A stretch of DNA of 64,000 nucleotides from Strigamia acuminata. Lineage: Eukaryota. The position numbers were made by a program, and so were the translations under genes. The DNA is taken from positions 11,656,001 to 11,720,000 of the forward strand of contig OX442314.1 in the NCBI GenBank assembly GCA_949358305.1. The letters are read 5' to 3'. Below, one piece after another: positions 27,246 through 40,100 of this stretch. Each line of letters begins with the position of its first letter. Position 1 is the stretch's first letter. The notes beneath the pieces were generated by a model. That model saw only the letters and a list, made by a program, of their open reading frames with translations. It was not told where the DNA came from and searched no databases.

Positions 27246-29414
27246 TAAATATAAAATAAACATTTCGCCTAAACACCACTTCTTTTTAATATTTAAAACA
27301 AACCAAAATTAAAACATCACTTTTATCCTAAGTAAATTTTCCAAAAAAAAAAAAAAAAAAAAAGTCGGTGACCATGAGCAAACACAGTGCGAAGGAGGCG
27401 TCGGCAACTTGTAACAAATGGTAGTTGAGTGCGCGTCCGTCACGCCGTTCCATCCATTACCTCAACAGACGCAATCCCGACGGCTTCGTGATGGATGATG
27501 GGACCTAGGGGTCTACGAAAAACCTCATCCCAAAAAAAAATACCCACACCTCAAAGAATCCCCGTCGACTCACGTGTCTATGCACTAATCACATTAAAAA
27601 TAAAAAAAATAAAAAAATATTTTAGTCCCTTCTTCATAACCAAATCTGCCCCCCCCCTCCCTCCCCCGCCCCCCGCCCAACATTTTCATCGGGTCACCAA
27701 ACACAAACACACCTGTTCATTTTTTCCCCCTTCTCCTCGCTTTCTTCAACAGACTGATCCAAATTGAAGGCCAGCGTGAGAAGAGTGGACAAATACCTGC
27801 ATGACTCAGCATTTCAGGCTCAGGTGTCGTTTCGCCTTTCGCTACCGTTTTGCCGTCTCATGGCGGAATTTGCACTCCTGTCCACACCCTCGATTCAAGT
27901 ACCGTGTTTCCCATCTGTTATCTGTTCACGACACGCTGGCACCCCCAACCGACGTATCAGTAAACATCTTTTTTTTCTCGCAAAATAAAGACAAAAATTA
28001 AATAAATAGATAACCGTTAAACCCAAACAATATATTCAGTCTCTCTTTCTTCCTGCCCGACTACCCGCACGCACATTTGGACGGCATGTCACCGCTCGTT
28101 TTCCGCGTGCGTGCCGCTGACAATCGCCGTCCGTATGTCGCCCTGTATCGAGTGACAACCGGGCAAAGTGTTTGATTAATTCCGCAGTTCGCGGTTCGAT
28201 TTTGCGGGGATTTAGCGGGCAAAATGCAAGAATAATTGGAGATGGTGACAGGGGTGCTTTGAGGATCTGAGATCGTTCACTGCGGGTGGGTCCGTGAAGC
28301 GTCTTCTTGCTGGTGTCAGTTAGAAAGATCCTCCATTTAGCATAGTCGAGTTGAATGCATTCACTTAGAACGTAACGCTATCCGCGCTTTTATGGAGTCC
28401 ATTTTTCTTTGACGTGACTCAAAAGATATCCGATGTCACTGGCTTTGTGCGAGGAAGGGGAAGAGGTGCATCAGTGCCCACCTGGTCATTGATTGGATTT
28501 GATTTGACACCCATTGATGGCGAGCAGTCTCTTCGGCACCTCCAGTTTGCAGAAATGTTGTTTACTCATTGCAATCAAATGAGTGGCTTCACTGTACAAA
28601 CCGACAAACAAAATAACAATTTTTTAACATTATCGTTCAATATTTGAGAAAGATATAGAAAAATCGAATGGTTTTAGACCCGGGAGGACTGTAATTGCTT
28701 CCAGAAGCCACATCCGTTGGCCCATTTACCGAAAAATGTCAGGAATCTGTCAATCACACAGTATGCTAAGTGTTTTTCCAGGAATACGCAAACCCCTGAA
28801 CAATTTGCGCTTTTATTCCTTCCAAGCAAAGAAATAATTAGCACACATGTCTTTTGTATCCACTCCCAGCACATCTTGTCTCAAATTGGGGCTTTGGAAA
28901 TCCGATCACATTACTAACAATGATATCAATACTAATGGCGAAACAAAAGCTTCATGTGTGTTGAAATTCCTCTGTTATTATCAACATTTACCCGCGTAGA
29001 ATCTGATCCATATTGAGCACACATGTGCCAATTTAAAATGCATGTCCTACTACTCCTATTAGAACGCAAATAATAATCAGTGGCACATTTTAATATGGGT
29101 GTACTGGGCACCCGCCTTGGGCCCCAGATTTTGATACCTGATACTGGATGACAATATGACATATAGCAGAAATATTTTTTGTGTGTGGCATTTTGGTCTT
29201 ATTTTATTAATGTAAATTGGTGGGCCCCCATTTGGTGCCAGTTCTCAGGACCCCGGGCCCCATTTAATGCTAATCCTCAGGGGACAAGGACCATAGGCCC
29301 TTATTTTGTGCCAGCGATCGGGGCCAGGCCCCCAAGTGACAGTATAATTGATTTTCACACTTTTAACAGCAAAAAAATAGATGCATTCTAAGTTTACATT
29401 TATCTAGTTTTTAG

Positions 29415-29785
29415 TAGGCGGATTCAATTATATTTCGTCTAAATTTTTGTCTCTGTACAAATTTTTAGACGAAATGTTATGTTTCTGAATGCAATCGTTT
29501 ATTTGGTAAATAAACAATTGTTTAACTGTCAAACTTGATCTGAGATTCCAGATCACGATATTCTTACAGTAATGATTATTATTGTTGTTTACTCTAAACA
29601 ATTAATAACTGGCGCAAAATTGTACTTAGATCTCTGATCATTGAGACCGACCGATCTACCGGAAATCCAAAATGGCGACCAAAACGACCTACTTAGCTCG
29701 TTTATTTCACTTTTAAACGAGAATCTCGTTCAAAAGTTCGTTCAAACGGGTTTAAACGATTTTTATCCGTTTCTGAATGCGCCTA
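29415..29785. mobile_element. Short-TIR element (TAGGCG(C/G)ATTCA ends), possibly PIF/Harbinger-like
   Basis: TAGGCGGATTCA ... TGAATGCGCCTA; the same right end also occurs at 229-240. Confidence 0.5.
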
Positions 29786-30959
29786 ATGTTTGTATAAACA
29801 GAATGGACACCAAAAATAGCCATAAACTGTAAAAACAAACCATGGCTGGAGTTGCTTTTGAAGTGGTTTATGCCAGGTTTGGGTTTTCACAGCCAAATTC
29901 AAAATGGCTGCCTCATGCGTTATAATGTATACAGGTAAGTATATCCACCACAAAAACCGCGAGTTAAAGCATAATTGTGTTCAAACAAGCGAGTCATCAT
30001 TCATTCATTGGGTGAAAATGAAGAAATTTTAACTGACATTTACTTGTAAAACCTCCAAACGAAACTTAAAACAACCCCAAACCGAAACATTCTCCACAAA
30101 CTCGCAGGTCGGCATGGAGACATCTTGTTTTCGCTGTCCATCGAAACACCCAAAACGACATAAACCGAAACTTTAAACGCACCTAATAATTTTACTTTTA
30201 ATTTAAACCTTCCACGTGAAAAAAGCAAAGTGCTGTAAAAATGCCAAGTCGTGGGACTGGCAAGCAACAACTGGCGAGAAAGTGGTGTGCGTGGAATAAA
30301 ATTGACGTGTCCGCATCAAAAGTCGAAGGACAAGCTCGTTTCAAGAGGCCAGGCGCGTGCTAGTCACCAATTGCCCAATCGCCGCGATGTTTTCCGCCAA
30401 ATCCAATCTGGCCGAGGCACTTCAACCGGCCACCGATGATGAACACGGCAGACCTGGGCTTGGCTAACAGGATTTGTACGCTGGCCCAACTCAATTTATC
30501 GCAGCGACAAGAATCACGATGGACTTGGCTTCCCCTCAAAAACTCCTCTTTCACGTCCGTCTTCTTGATTGCTCCTGATGCGATTTCAGCCTCGACGAGT
30601 GTCCCATGTCCGACGCTAAAACATCCCCCTCGTATAGGATTAACCACTCTTCCATGCTCGAGTTTCGATACACTTCAAACTCGCTGTCGAGAGCCCGTGG
30701 AACCACAAACGTTCCCTCAGCCCACTCCAGTTGGCTACGAGCAAAACCGCATTAACAACTGAATTTTAAATTAACCACACACAAAAAAAATCTTGTTGGC
30801 ATAACGTGGGAAAAAGAATTACAGTACAACAACAGAAATGATTTATTTTTATTTCTATTGAGATTTCGGTCTGTTTTGTGTTGATTTTCAAAATTTCAGA
30901 AATGTTCTCACGATTTTCTAAAAGTTAGAAACTTCTGATTCCAAAAGACAACCGTACTA

Positions 30960-31293
30960 CAGGGTGGGCCAAAAGTCACGAACTCGTGTGAAGTCTTAAT
31001 AACTTTTTTAAAAATTTTTCTTTAACTATTTTACTAACAAACCCGAAGATTAATAATTCTGACCCAAAATCCAACAATCAAACATCCAATCATTGATATG
31101 CTCGTTGGGTAAGAATTAACCATTGCTTTTGATAGTTAAATTCCCAATTTGTGTTTGCTGTTTGGCTGTAAACTTTTCCATGATTAATCTCCTAAGTTTT
31201 CTTTACAAAATAGTTAAAGAAAATTTTTAAAAAATTTATTTTAAAAAGAATTATTAAGACTTCAGACTGGTTCGTGACTTTTGGCCCACCCAG
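30960..31293. mobile_element. Tc1/mariner-type MITE with long TIRs
   Basis: TA-C(A/T)GGGTGGGCCAAAAGTCACGAAC at both ends in inverted orientation; imperfect symmetry extends about 90 bp. Confidence 0.85.
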
Positions 31294-31387
31294 TACAATT
31301 GGCTGAGATGGAGTCAGTCACAAATGTATGAATAAAATCCTTAATGCACAATGCAGATATTTTTTTTACCGTTTATTATTTTCATTA

Positions 31388-31879
31388 CACAGTTTGCGAC
31401 AGGTACTTACTTCTCTTTTATAAAAACCCCTGTTAAGCCTATATTATAAGTATATTGGAAAACTTATAACTCCACCGGAGCTTCCACTATAACTGAAAAT
31501 AGCGTAGCCAATCCGTTAGTTTTCCACTATTTACGTCACTGACTAAAAATCTGGATTAGCATTGACCTCTTTTGCCGCCATTTTGAATTCTCTGCGGCGG
31601 AGCACATGTTTCGGTTTATCTAATTGATTGTGCTTTTAATTCTTTTAAATTCACAATAATAAAGTTGCAGCATTGTATTGAAACAGTTAAAAACAGAAAT
31701 TCTCTCTTTTTATGCGAATGAGACATTACTAGTTTCAGTAATCACGTAACATGTATAAGGTTAACTCTAATCTTATAACTACAACTTAAAACTTCAACTG
31801 CAACCCACTTTTACTTTCCACTAAATATAGTGTAAAAAATGTCTTAATTGTAAGGGAACAGTACCTGCTGAAAACTGTG
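31388..31879. mobile_element. CACAG-terminal inverted-repeat element
   Basis: CACAGTTTGCGACAGGTACT versus the reverse complement of the right end, CACAGTTTTCAGCAGGTACT; TA on both sides. Confidence 0.6.
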
Positions 31880-33644
31880 TATTATCAAAAAAGGTAACGT
31901 TATGCTAATTATCCATTTCCAGTTTTTTGTGAACTAGAGAACTCTTGGACGTTGCGGAGGACCTTGGACAGTTTATAGCAAAACTACTGTATACAAATCC
32001 TTTTCAGTAAAGCTTTGCTGTGTAGCGATGCAATTGCTTTCACGAATCAGAATCGTACACTAAGTACATTCAAAAAGTCCTCTTTTTAGTGTTTTAGGTG
32101 CTTGTGTTTTTGTTTTTGTATCTTTTAACATCACAAAACAAAACACAAACATCCAAAACCCTTAACACAAGAGTTTTCGAATGCAGCTACTGTAAAAAAG
32201 AGTTTTAGTTAATAATTTACAGGTGAATTATCGTAAAATTATAGGTAAAAACCTGTGTTTTCAACGAAAATCTTCCGTTCACTTGCTGAATAATATCTAT
32301 TTGTTCTCTTAATAGTAAATACAGTATCATGTAAGAAACGGAATTGCCTGTTTTCACAAATTACAGAATATCCGTTTCTTTACACCAAATCCAGATAGTG
32401 AAAGTCAATCATTTAATTTTACAGAAATTTGTGCTGACAGAATCTGATTTCTTTATGCATTTTTTCTATTAGTTTCAGTAAATTAAAATAAGCCCTAAAA
32501 TGGTACATGCACATACTGTATAATGCGATACTATAAATGCTCCAGAACAATATGAATTAACAAAAGAAATTTTCTTTTACTTTATGAAAAGTTTCTGTTA
32601 TGACATACCTTATGCATAAAATAATTCTGCAAATGCAATTCTGTTGAAGACATAAGAAACTTTTCAAAGTCTAGTTTCACTTAAAGGCAGTGCTGGAAAG
32701 CCATCCAGCACTGTCTTCAATAAAATGCTATGTATAGACACCTTTTTTCTTGCAGCATTGTACATGCACATGCCTAAGTGCAGGAAATTAAGCAATACAT
32801 TCATTCCTCGCAGCTTTGGCCTTCCCACATTGCAGATGCATTGAGCAGTTATCTCCTTAGCACTTTTGCTTAGTCCCAAAATGATTAATCCTTTTTCTTT
32901 TCATGACAGGGTCAGAGTCCTTGCAACCTACAAAAGCTTCGTTCCATCCCTCAGGTAGTTCAACGACGATTCAATTAACTTTTCTTTTCTTAACACTTTT
33001 TTCTTCTTTCTTTTTTGCAACTTTAAAGAACAATAAACGTGTACGAGATAATCTTCTTTGCATTTCCCTCAAACAAACTGGTTTGCGCATTAAACCAGTA
33101 GACAAGCAGCAAATTTAACCCACAAAAAAATCGCACCTGTGAAATCAACTTGACTCACAATGTAATGGTTAGAAAAATGATGTTTTCGAGGATCTTTGAT
33201 ACACTTTATGAGTGAGTGCACCCATACAAGTGTCTTAATCAGGCGAAGAACAGGAGGAGGAGGAGATAGGGTGTGTGGAAGAAAGAAAGAGTAGGCACTC
33301 GTTGATTTGCACGTGCGGAGCTCAGTAATTGCCGGCCGCTCAGCTGACGTCTTCATAAGTGGGCGGCGGGCCATTGGCCGCGAAGAGGCCTCTTGGGCAG
33401 TGTAGGAGACCGAAAAAACAATCCATCACTGGGATGGCGAGAAGCAGGAGTTATTAACTTTTCTTAAAAAGGAAAGACGGAAAAAGAAAAACGTGAACTT
33501 CATTTTCTTTTAGAAAATAATAAATAAATAAAAAATTTCTAAAAAGAAGTGACTCCTGGTTTTGAAAAGATGCACGGTCATAGAAAGTGAGAACATGAAT
33601 TTTTAATCAGTTTATTTCTTCAATAAATCGGTAATCTAAAAATC

Positions 33645-33900
33645 AGATTAAAAGTCATAATTTTTAGAAATTATAATCAAAAATCATAAATTTTAGAAAT
33701 TATAATAAAAAATCATAATTTTTAGAAATTGTAATCAGAAATTATAACTTTTTAAAACTTATCTGATCAAAAATCATAATTTTTAAAAATTCTGATCAAA
33801 AATCATAATTTTTAAAAATTTAAAATCAAAAGTCAATTATAAAAAATTTAATACCAAAAATTATTATTTTGAAAAATTTCAGATAAAAATAATAATTTTA
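33645..33900. repeat. Degenerate minisatellite, about 29-bp unit
   Basis: TCATAA at 33655, 33684 and 33713; AAAAATCATAATTTTTA(G/A)AAATT units. Confidence 0.8.
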
Positions 33901-34019
33901 GTTTTAAAGAAATTGACAAATTGAAAAATCTTACAAATTTTCAAATTTTCCAATATTAAAAAAAAAATCAAATTTCATTTTGTGCATCAAAAACGTCGCG
34001 ATTTGGTTCAAAGTTTTCA

Positions 34020-34184
34020 CTAAACTCTATTCCAAAAAGTATTACAAATACTCCCATTGGTTGGGAGATTCACAGTTCAGTTGTGTCTTGAATATGATGC
34101 TGTTTTCAGATTCCAGTAGACTTAAAGTGTCTCAACCAACCAACCAATGGGAGTATTTGTAATACTTTTTGGAATAGAGTTTAG
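34020..34184. repeat. Perfect 45-bp inverted repeat with 75-bp spacer (foldback/MITE-like)
   Basis: 34020-34064 is the exact reverse complement of 34140-34184. Confidence 0.9.
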
Positions 34185-35983
34185 ACTATTTTATTAAGCA
34201 AAAAATTTCCATTTTATAACCTCTTCTCCCAGATCCCTGGTGGTGAGATCTCGCAACCTGCAAACCAGTGTGAACAAAGGGTGAATAACTAAAAAACACA
34301 ATAACACTCAAAAAATTCAAAAAATCCACAATTTCCACACCCAATTTACCAAACAATCCCATAATCCCGACTCATATTCCTCCCCAAACCCATTATTCCA
34401 TAAACCAAAACCAATACCTAATTAGGCCGCAGCCCGAGCAATTCACACAACGACGATTCGCAAACCCCCGTAAAAAAAATAGCGGCGAGTGAAAGTCATA
34501 ACACAACTCCACCCACACTTAAAAACCGCTTAAGAATGGCATTGCAAAATGACCCTGCAATTAACGCGGCTGACGCTGATTTACTGTCATATTGTGAAAG
34601 TTACATGATCAGCACGCATGATTTAAGACGCAAAAAAACAAAATAAAACACGTCCTTACATCACACCCGAACCGCACAAAATCGCACTTTATGCACATCT
34701 GACAGACGCTTGTTATGTCGGCTGGAGCTCCGGCTCGGCCCCTCACCCCGAGTAATACGTCACCGTCACAGTTGGCGGCAACTCACCTTGACGGCTTTGC
34801 CGCTTCATTATCACCTGACCGCCCTCGTACACCTCTCAGTGCCCACATAAACCATTGCCACCATCTGCAAACATGTCTGCCCCTTCGATTATGCATTCTG
34901 CAGCTAATCCAACCTCCCATTCCTTACTCCATCACCATGATCCGGTGTCAGAGGTCGCAGGTGACTTCCCAGGTCGTGTGTCCATGTCAAGTCGTTTGTG
35001 TGGCGACATATCAGCCATAAATGAACCTCCGTGACCTCCAAAGGTTGCTATCATCATTGGTCAAACTCAAACTCTAAACCCCTATTTGGGAAAATACATT
35101 TTAAACCGCTGTATCAACATTAGGGGTGTTCAAAGCTTCTTCCTTTTATCATGATTTATGGGGCCCTTTTTCAACCGGAACTGCGTCATTCTCGTCGCAT
35201 TTTTACGCTATTATTATTACATTCTTGTTACGGCGTCATGAGCTTAACCTATTTAATGGGTACACTACCAAGCTTCAATAAATCACACTACCGTCTTCCC
35301 CCGAAAATAACACCATGGTGTTCTATTCGAGTTTCTTTGAAAACTGCAATTTGTGAAACATTGTTGAAAAATTCGAATATAACAGCACGGTATATTCGGA
35401 TTTTTTTATTGTTTTCAAATACAAAACCATGGTGTTATATTCAGATTTGGGCATGGGCACAAGAAAACGGGCATAAACCATCATCAAAATTCATATTGCG
35501 CATCTCAGTCTGCGCAGTTGATTTTCTAGTTTTAAGCCTAATATTAGGCATACACGGCAATAGAAGACGCTTTGCTTTTGGAGCGCCCAATAAAGCTGAC
35601 ACAGTTACAGGAATTAGGACAAAGAATCATCAAAGACCACAGGGCTCCGAGTCGCGTTTCGTGTTCTATAATTAATTCTCAATTAGTTTTACGTATCATC
35701 AATTCCCCATCAATCTTAAACCACCGGATCATAGGTACTAATTAACGGCTTCACCGGACCCACTGGAACCCGAGCTTTAACATTAGTGTGTTTTCTTTGC
35801 ATCTTGCCACTTATACACCTGTGATTAAACCAAGGCAATTCCTAAAAATACCTCGAAAAAGAAAAAAAACAAAACATTTCAGTTTGACAACTAATTCTTT
35901 TTGCAAAAGATAAATCGTGTTCGATGTTCATTTATCACATCAAAACTTGTTATTATGGCTGCAGGTGACATTGAGGGTAAGCT

Positions 35984-37143
35984 TGTAATGAGCTCAAATT
36001 TCACTATAAAATAATAGTGAAATTTCTTTCTCATTGGTGCCGCATCGGGACTTATCAAAATTCTACTAAAACTCAACTCTAAAATCTTAACTGACTAATC
36101 AAAGAAGAAATAATCACTAATTAGTTCTTAAATAAAGGAAAAAGATTTATTCTTGGCTTGAATAAACTAATAGTAAAATACAATTAAATAAAAGGAATTA
36201 AAGGTAAAAGTAATAATAATTGAAGGTGAAATGGCGAAAATAATACAAAATAGCGGCGATGGCTTGTCGCTCGCTCTCGAACTTCGTTCTTCACTCGACG
36301 CTCGCTCTCGAACCTCGTTCTTCACTCGACGCTCGCTCTCGGACCTCGATACTCGCTCTCGGACCTCAATGCCCGCTCCAAACCTCAATGCCCGCTCCAA
36401 ACTTCACTCTTTACTCACGATGTTCATTCCTGGTTAAACCGGACAAATTTCCGAATTCTTGGTGACTTGAACTCGGACACAATTCCGTTTCTTCTCTCTC
36501 AAAACTCGCAACAGATTCGGACACAATTCCGACTCTTCTTCCTTGATGACTCCGTGGTTGCGGCAAATTCCGCTTTATGTTGACTGGGACAAATTTCCCA
36601 ATGAGGATTTCTCATCCAAACAATGGCTGCTTGGCAAGAATGATGATCTCTCCAAACAATGGCTGCTTGGCAAGATGAAAATCCCACTGATGAATATGCT
36701 CAATCAGCAAGATAAATTTCCCACTACTGGATGTACACAGTAGCAAGAACTCCCACAATAACTTTATGTTATTGTAAGAAATGAGTCTCAATACTCAAGA
36801 ACATCTCAAAACTGCTTTAGCAATTTGCAAGAAGGAGTCTAAATACTCAGGCAATCTTTCACCAAATCCACTTGAAGAATTGTATTTTCCCAGGGTAGAT
36901 TTTGTGACTTGTTGCTCTCAAAGTTGATTTCAGACTGAAGATTTTTCCTCATTCTCTGCAGGAAGCATTTCCTGTTACAGGAAGCTTATGGGCTGGTTGC
37001 CCTGGCAACCACCCTCATGTCTTCAAGTTATGCCAGACTTCCTGTTCAGGCATAAAAAATAAACTCAAATAAAAATATGAAATATATAAAATATTTCCAG
37101 ACACATTTCTGTTCTTCATCTAGTGACCACTAGGGTCACTACA
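35984..37143 (-). repeat. 3' LTR
   Basis: Co-linear with 41737-42896 (offset 5753); preceded on the minus strand by the PPT. Confidence 0.96.
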
Positions 37144-37157
37144 CTTCCCCCCTTTTT
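37144..37157 (-). other. Polypurine tract (PPT)
   Basis: Minus strand AAAAAGGGGGGAAG directly abutting TGTAGTGACC of the 3' LTR. Confidence 0.9.
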
Positions 37158-37179
37158 AGGAAGTTAGTTCCTAACTTCT

Positions 37180-40100
37180 CTAAATCTCATCATCGATCCT
37201 CGAGGCGAAGTCCTTGATGGGGATTTCAGATTCGGAGACCGAAAACTTCAGTTTGTCTTGGGATTTCGTTGAATCATTCCTTGTCGTAACCGATTGATTC
37301 TGTCCAGCAATTGCAGATGGTGTCCCGCTCCCAGGACTGAAATCCTGCCATCCGCTTCTTCCGGCAGCTTCCTTCAAGTGACCGGTCCAGTTGGCTCGAA
37401 CAGGCAATTGATTTTCAGTTGTGTGTTCAAATGATCTGAAACAGGCATCTTGCAAAACTTTGCCTGAGTCAGCTCGATCATTCTGAGTTTTAACATTCAT
37501 TTCTGGTGTTGTCGCCACTAATTGTTGTTGCACAGCTGATGCGTTTGTTGCTTCAAAATTCAATGGCTTTTTGCTTTCCATTAATGTGATTTTATTCCCT
37601 GCAATCTTCTCAATTTCAAGCCACTGCTTCTGGATTTCCGGTTGAGTGTTTGGCAAATCTACATGTTGAATTCTGAACTCCTCCAATAAAAAACTTGCAA
37701 CTGGCTGTTTTCCTTCAGATGTACTCTTAATTGTAACTGTAGTGGGCACTGTAGCTCTGCTGTCTGAATTGCTACAATCAGATTTTTTAACAGTATCTGA
37801 AAAATTAATCTTGGACTTATTTCCAATTGCAACTGCACTGACAATATGTTTCTGTAGGTCAGTTGATTCAGTGTAGCTTGCGTAACTAAGCTTCATTGCA
37901 GTTTTAACTTCACTGGACTCCATGAAGTGTTGATCAACTTGGATTATTTGATTTGGTTGCTTTTCCAATAAATTAATTTTTGAAATGTTTTCAGTTGTGA
38001 TTGAGCTGGCAGCAAATTTTGGTAACTCAATTGATTGAGTGTTGTGTTGCTTCAAGTCAATTCTCTGCAAAGTTTTTTCCAAAATTCTGTTTTCTTTTTC
38101 TGTTGGTCGTGGACCTTGTTTTTCAATTTGACCAATTGATGTTAATACTTGGCAATCTTGATTTTCTGGTCGTCCTTTCAATCCTGTATTTGTATGCTGT
38201 TTACTGCAAAGCATCTTGTAATCATCTGTTTGTAGAGGTTTTTCATTTTCATGTTCACTCCTTGTATCTCCAGATGTTTGGATTGTTTCTACCAGTTTAA
38301 CTTCAGACCTTTCCTCTAATTGAATCAATTGCTGTTTAGCTTGGATTCTTTTCTTTGGCAGCTTCTCCACTTTTTCTTTGGTGTCTTGAGTTTCATTTGC
38401 CAAATCCAGTCGCTGATAACAATTTTTGATCAAAATTTTTACTTCCTGTAGGTCTTCAGAAGTTATATTTTCCAGTATGTTCTTCAGAGCCACGATGAAA
38501 TATTTGGAGGGCCACTCTGAATTCTGCCGACATAATTTCGGTGAAAACGTGGAATCTTGTAACATTACATTATCTGTCAGTCGTTTGATCACTTTTCGAA
38601 GTTGTTTTCGAACAATTTTCGTTTCTCGAACCAGACATTTATTTTCTGATTTTCTAGGATTCCTGGATGAATTTTGATTCTTTTTCTCTTTTTCCATCAC
38701 TCTTCCCCCCTTTTTTGGAAATGGTTGAACTTGTTCATCAGTTTCAAAATCTACACTTTTTGGAAAAAGCAATGGATTTTCTTCTAAGTTTTCAAAAATC
38801 AAATTTTCTGTGTCCGATTCGATAATTTTTTCTGCAATCTGTGCATCATCTTGGTTCTTCTTATCATCAGAATTTTGTGTATCCTGTAGAGGTTGCGCAT
38901 TTTTGTGAGCTTGCATTTTGTCCGATTTGGACGCACTTTGTGTAATTTTATCACTTTCGACACCCTGTGTGCCTTCTGCATGTCGTGTGTCTTCTGCACT
39001 TTGCACACTTTTTTCTTCTTGTTGTCTACCATCTATGGCTGTTTTTTGGTCATTGAAATTTTCGAAATTGATTGATCTTTGATGGTGACGATCATTTTCG
39101 TTTGGCCAGCCTGCCATACATGTGTCAACTTGTGTTTGGCCAAGTTCTCTGTTTGCTGTGGACATTCTGATGTCATCTGGTTGTTGGAGGTTCTGCTTGT
39201 CCATGACATCAAATAACATTTTCTTCTGAGCAGGTGTTGAGGTTTGGTTATTATCTCTACGATATTTTGTATCGTCATTTCCTCGCTTTACTGCATTTCC
39301 TGTTGAATCCGTAATTGACTGTTCAACTTTCGACTGATGCATGACACTTGCTGTATTCCTAACTGGTGGACACCGTGAATGTGCCATGTACCGCAGCTCT
39401 TGTGGATCTGGTTTTGACTTCTTTGCGTCTTCCTGAGCTGGTGGAGATGCTTTAGGAAAATTTTCGTTTTCAACATGCAATGATGATTCCATTGTCTTCC
39501 CTTCTACGACGAGTGCTTGATTAAAGCTGTCAATCTTTTCCATTTTTTCAGAAGGTGTCTTTTTTGCAAAATTAATCGAAAATGTTTTCATTTCTAGAAT
39601 TAAGCTTTTCCTCGATTCAGACATTGTTTCTGTTTCTTCACCAGATGTAGATAACCTTTTTAATGCCTTCTTGACTGCATCCATTGCTACTGGCAATGAC
39701 AATTTTCTGGCAACTTCAGAAAACCTTAAGTCCACTGGTGAGTTGTGTCTTTTCCTTGTGGTTACCTCAGCACTGGTCCCATATCTTAAAATTTTCTGGT
39801 CATCTCTGGATTGACGTTTCGTCTCTGCAGGACTGTCTCTAGTTTCGGTCTGTAAACGGCGACGTACTTCTTGTAATTTAAGTCGGGTTGGCGAGCGTAC
39901 TGCTGATAATGCCGTGCTGTCAACTGATTTTCTGGTCGAAGTCTTCTTATCCGCCTTTATTAAACAACCTCTTTCTTCGGTTATTTCGATTGGTTCTTCG
40001 AACAACAATTTCGTGAGATCGCTTTTGCTTCGTGGAATGGATTTTACATTTTCAGATAATGAACGTACTGGAGATGTGGTGCGCGATACGTAATGTCTTC

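Noticed and set aside
29324..29338. 15-mer CCAGGCCCCCAAGTG identical to the PBS/LTR junction at 41724-41738
   Set aside because: A single 15-nt match between two arbitrary positions in 64 kb can occur by chance, and similarity does not extend.
30250..30762. GC-richer block with 95-108-aa ORFs on both strands
   Set aside because: No recognisable domain or consistent splice structure; could be non-coding or a TE remnant.
32660..32965. Minus-strand Cys-rich pseudo-reading (ELPEGWNE...) suggesting a decayed gene
   Set aside because: Multiple stops and no family I can recognise; a translated search would be needed.
36167..36743. Short ORFs duplicated at 41920-42496
   Set aside because: They lie within the LTRs and derive from internal short repeats; no coding evidence.
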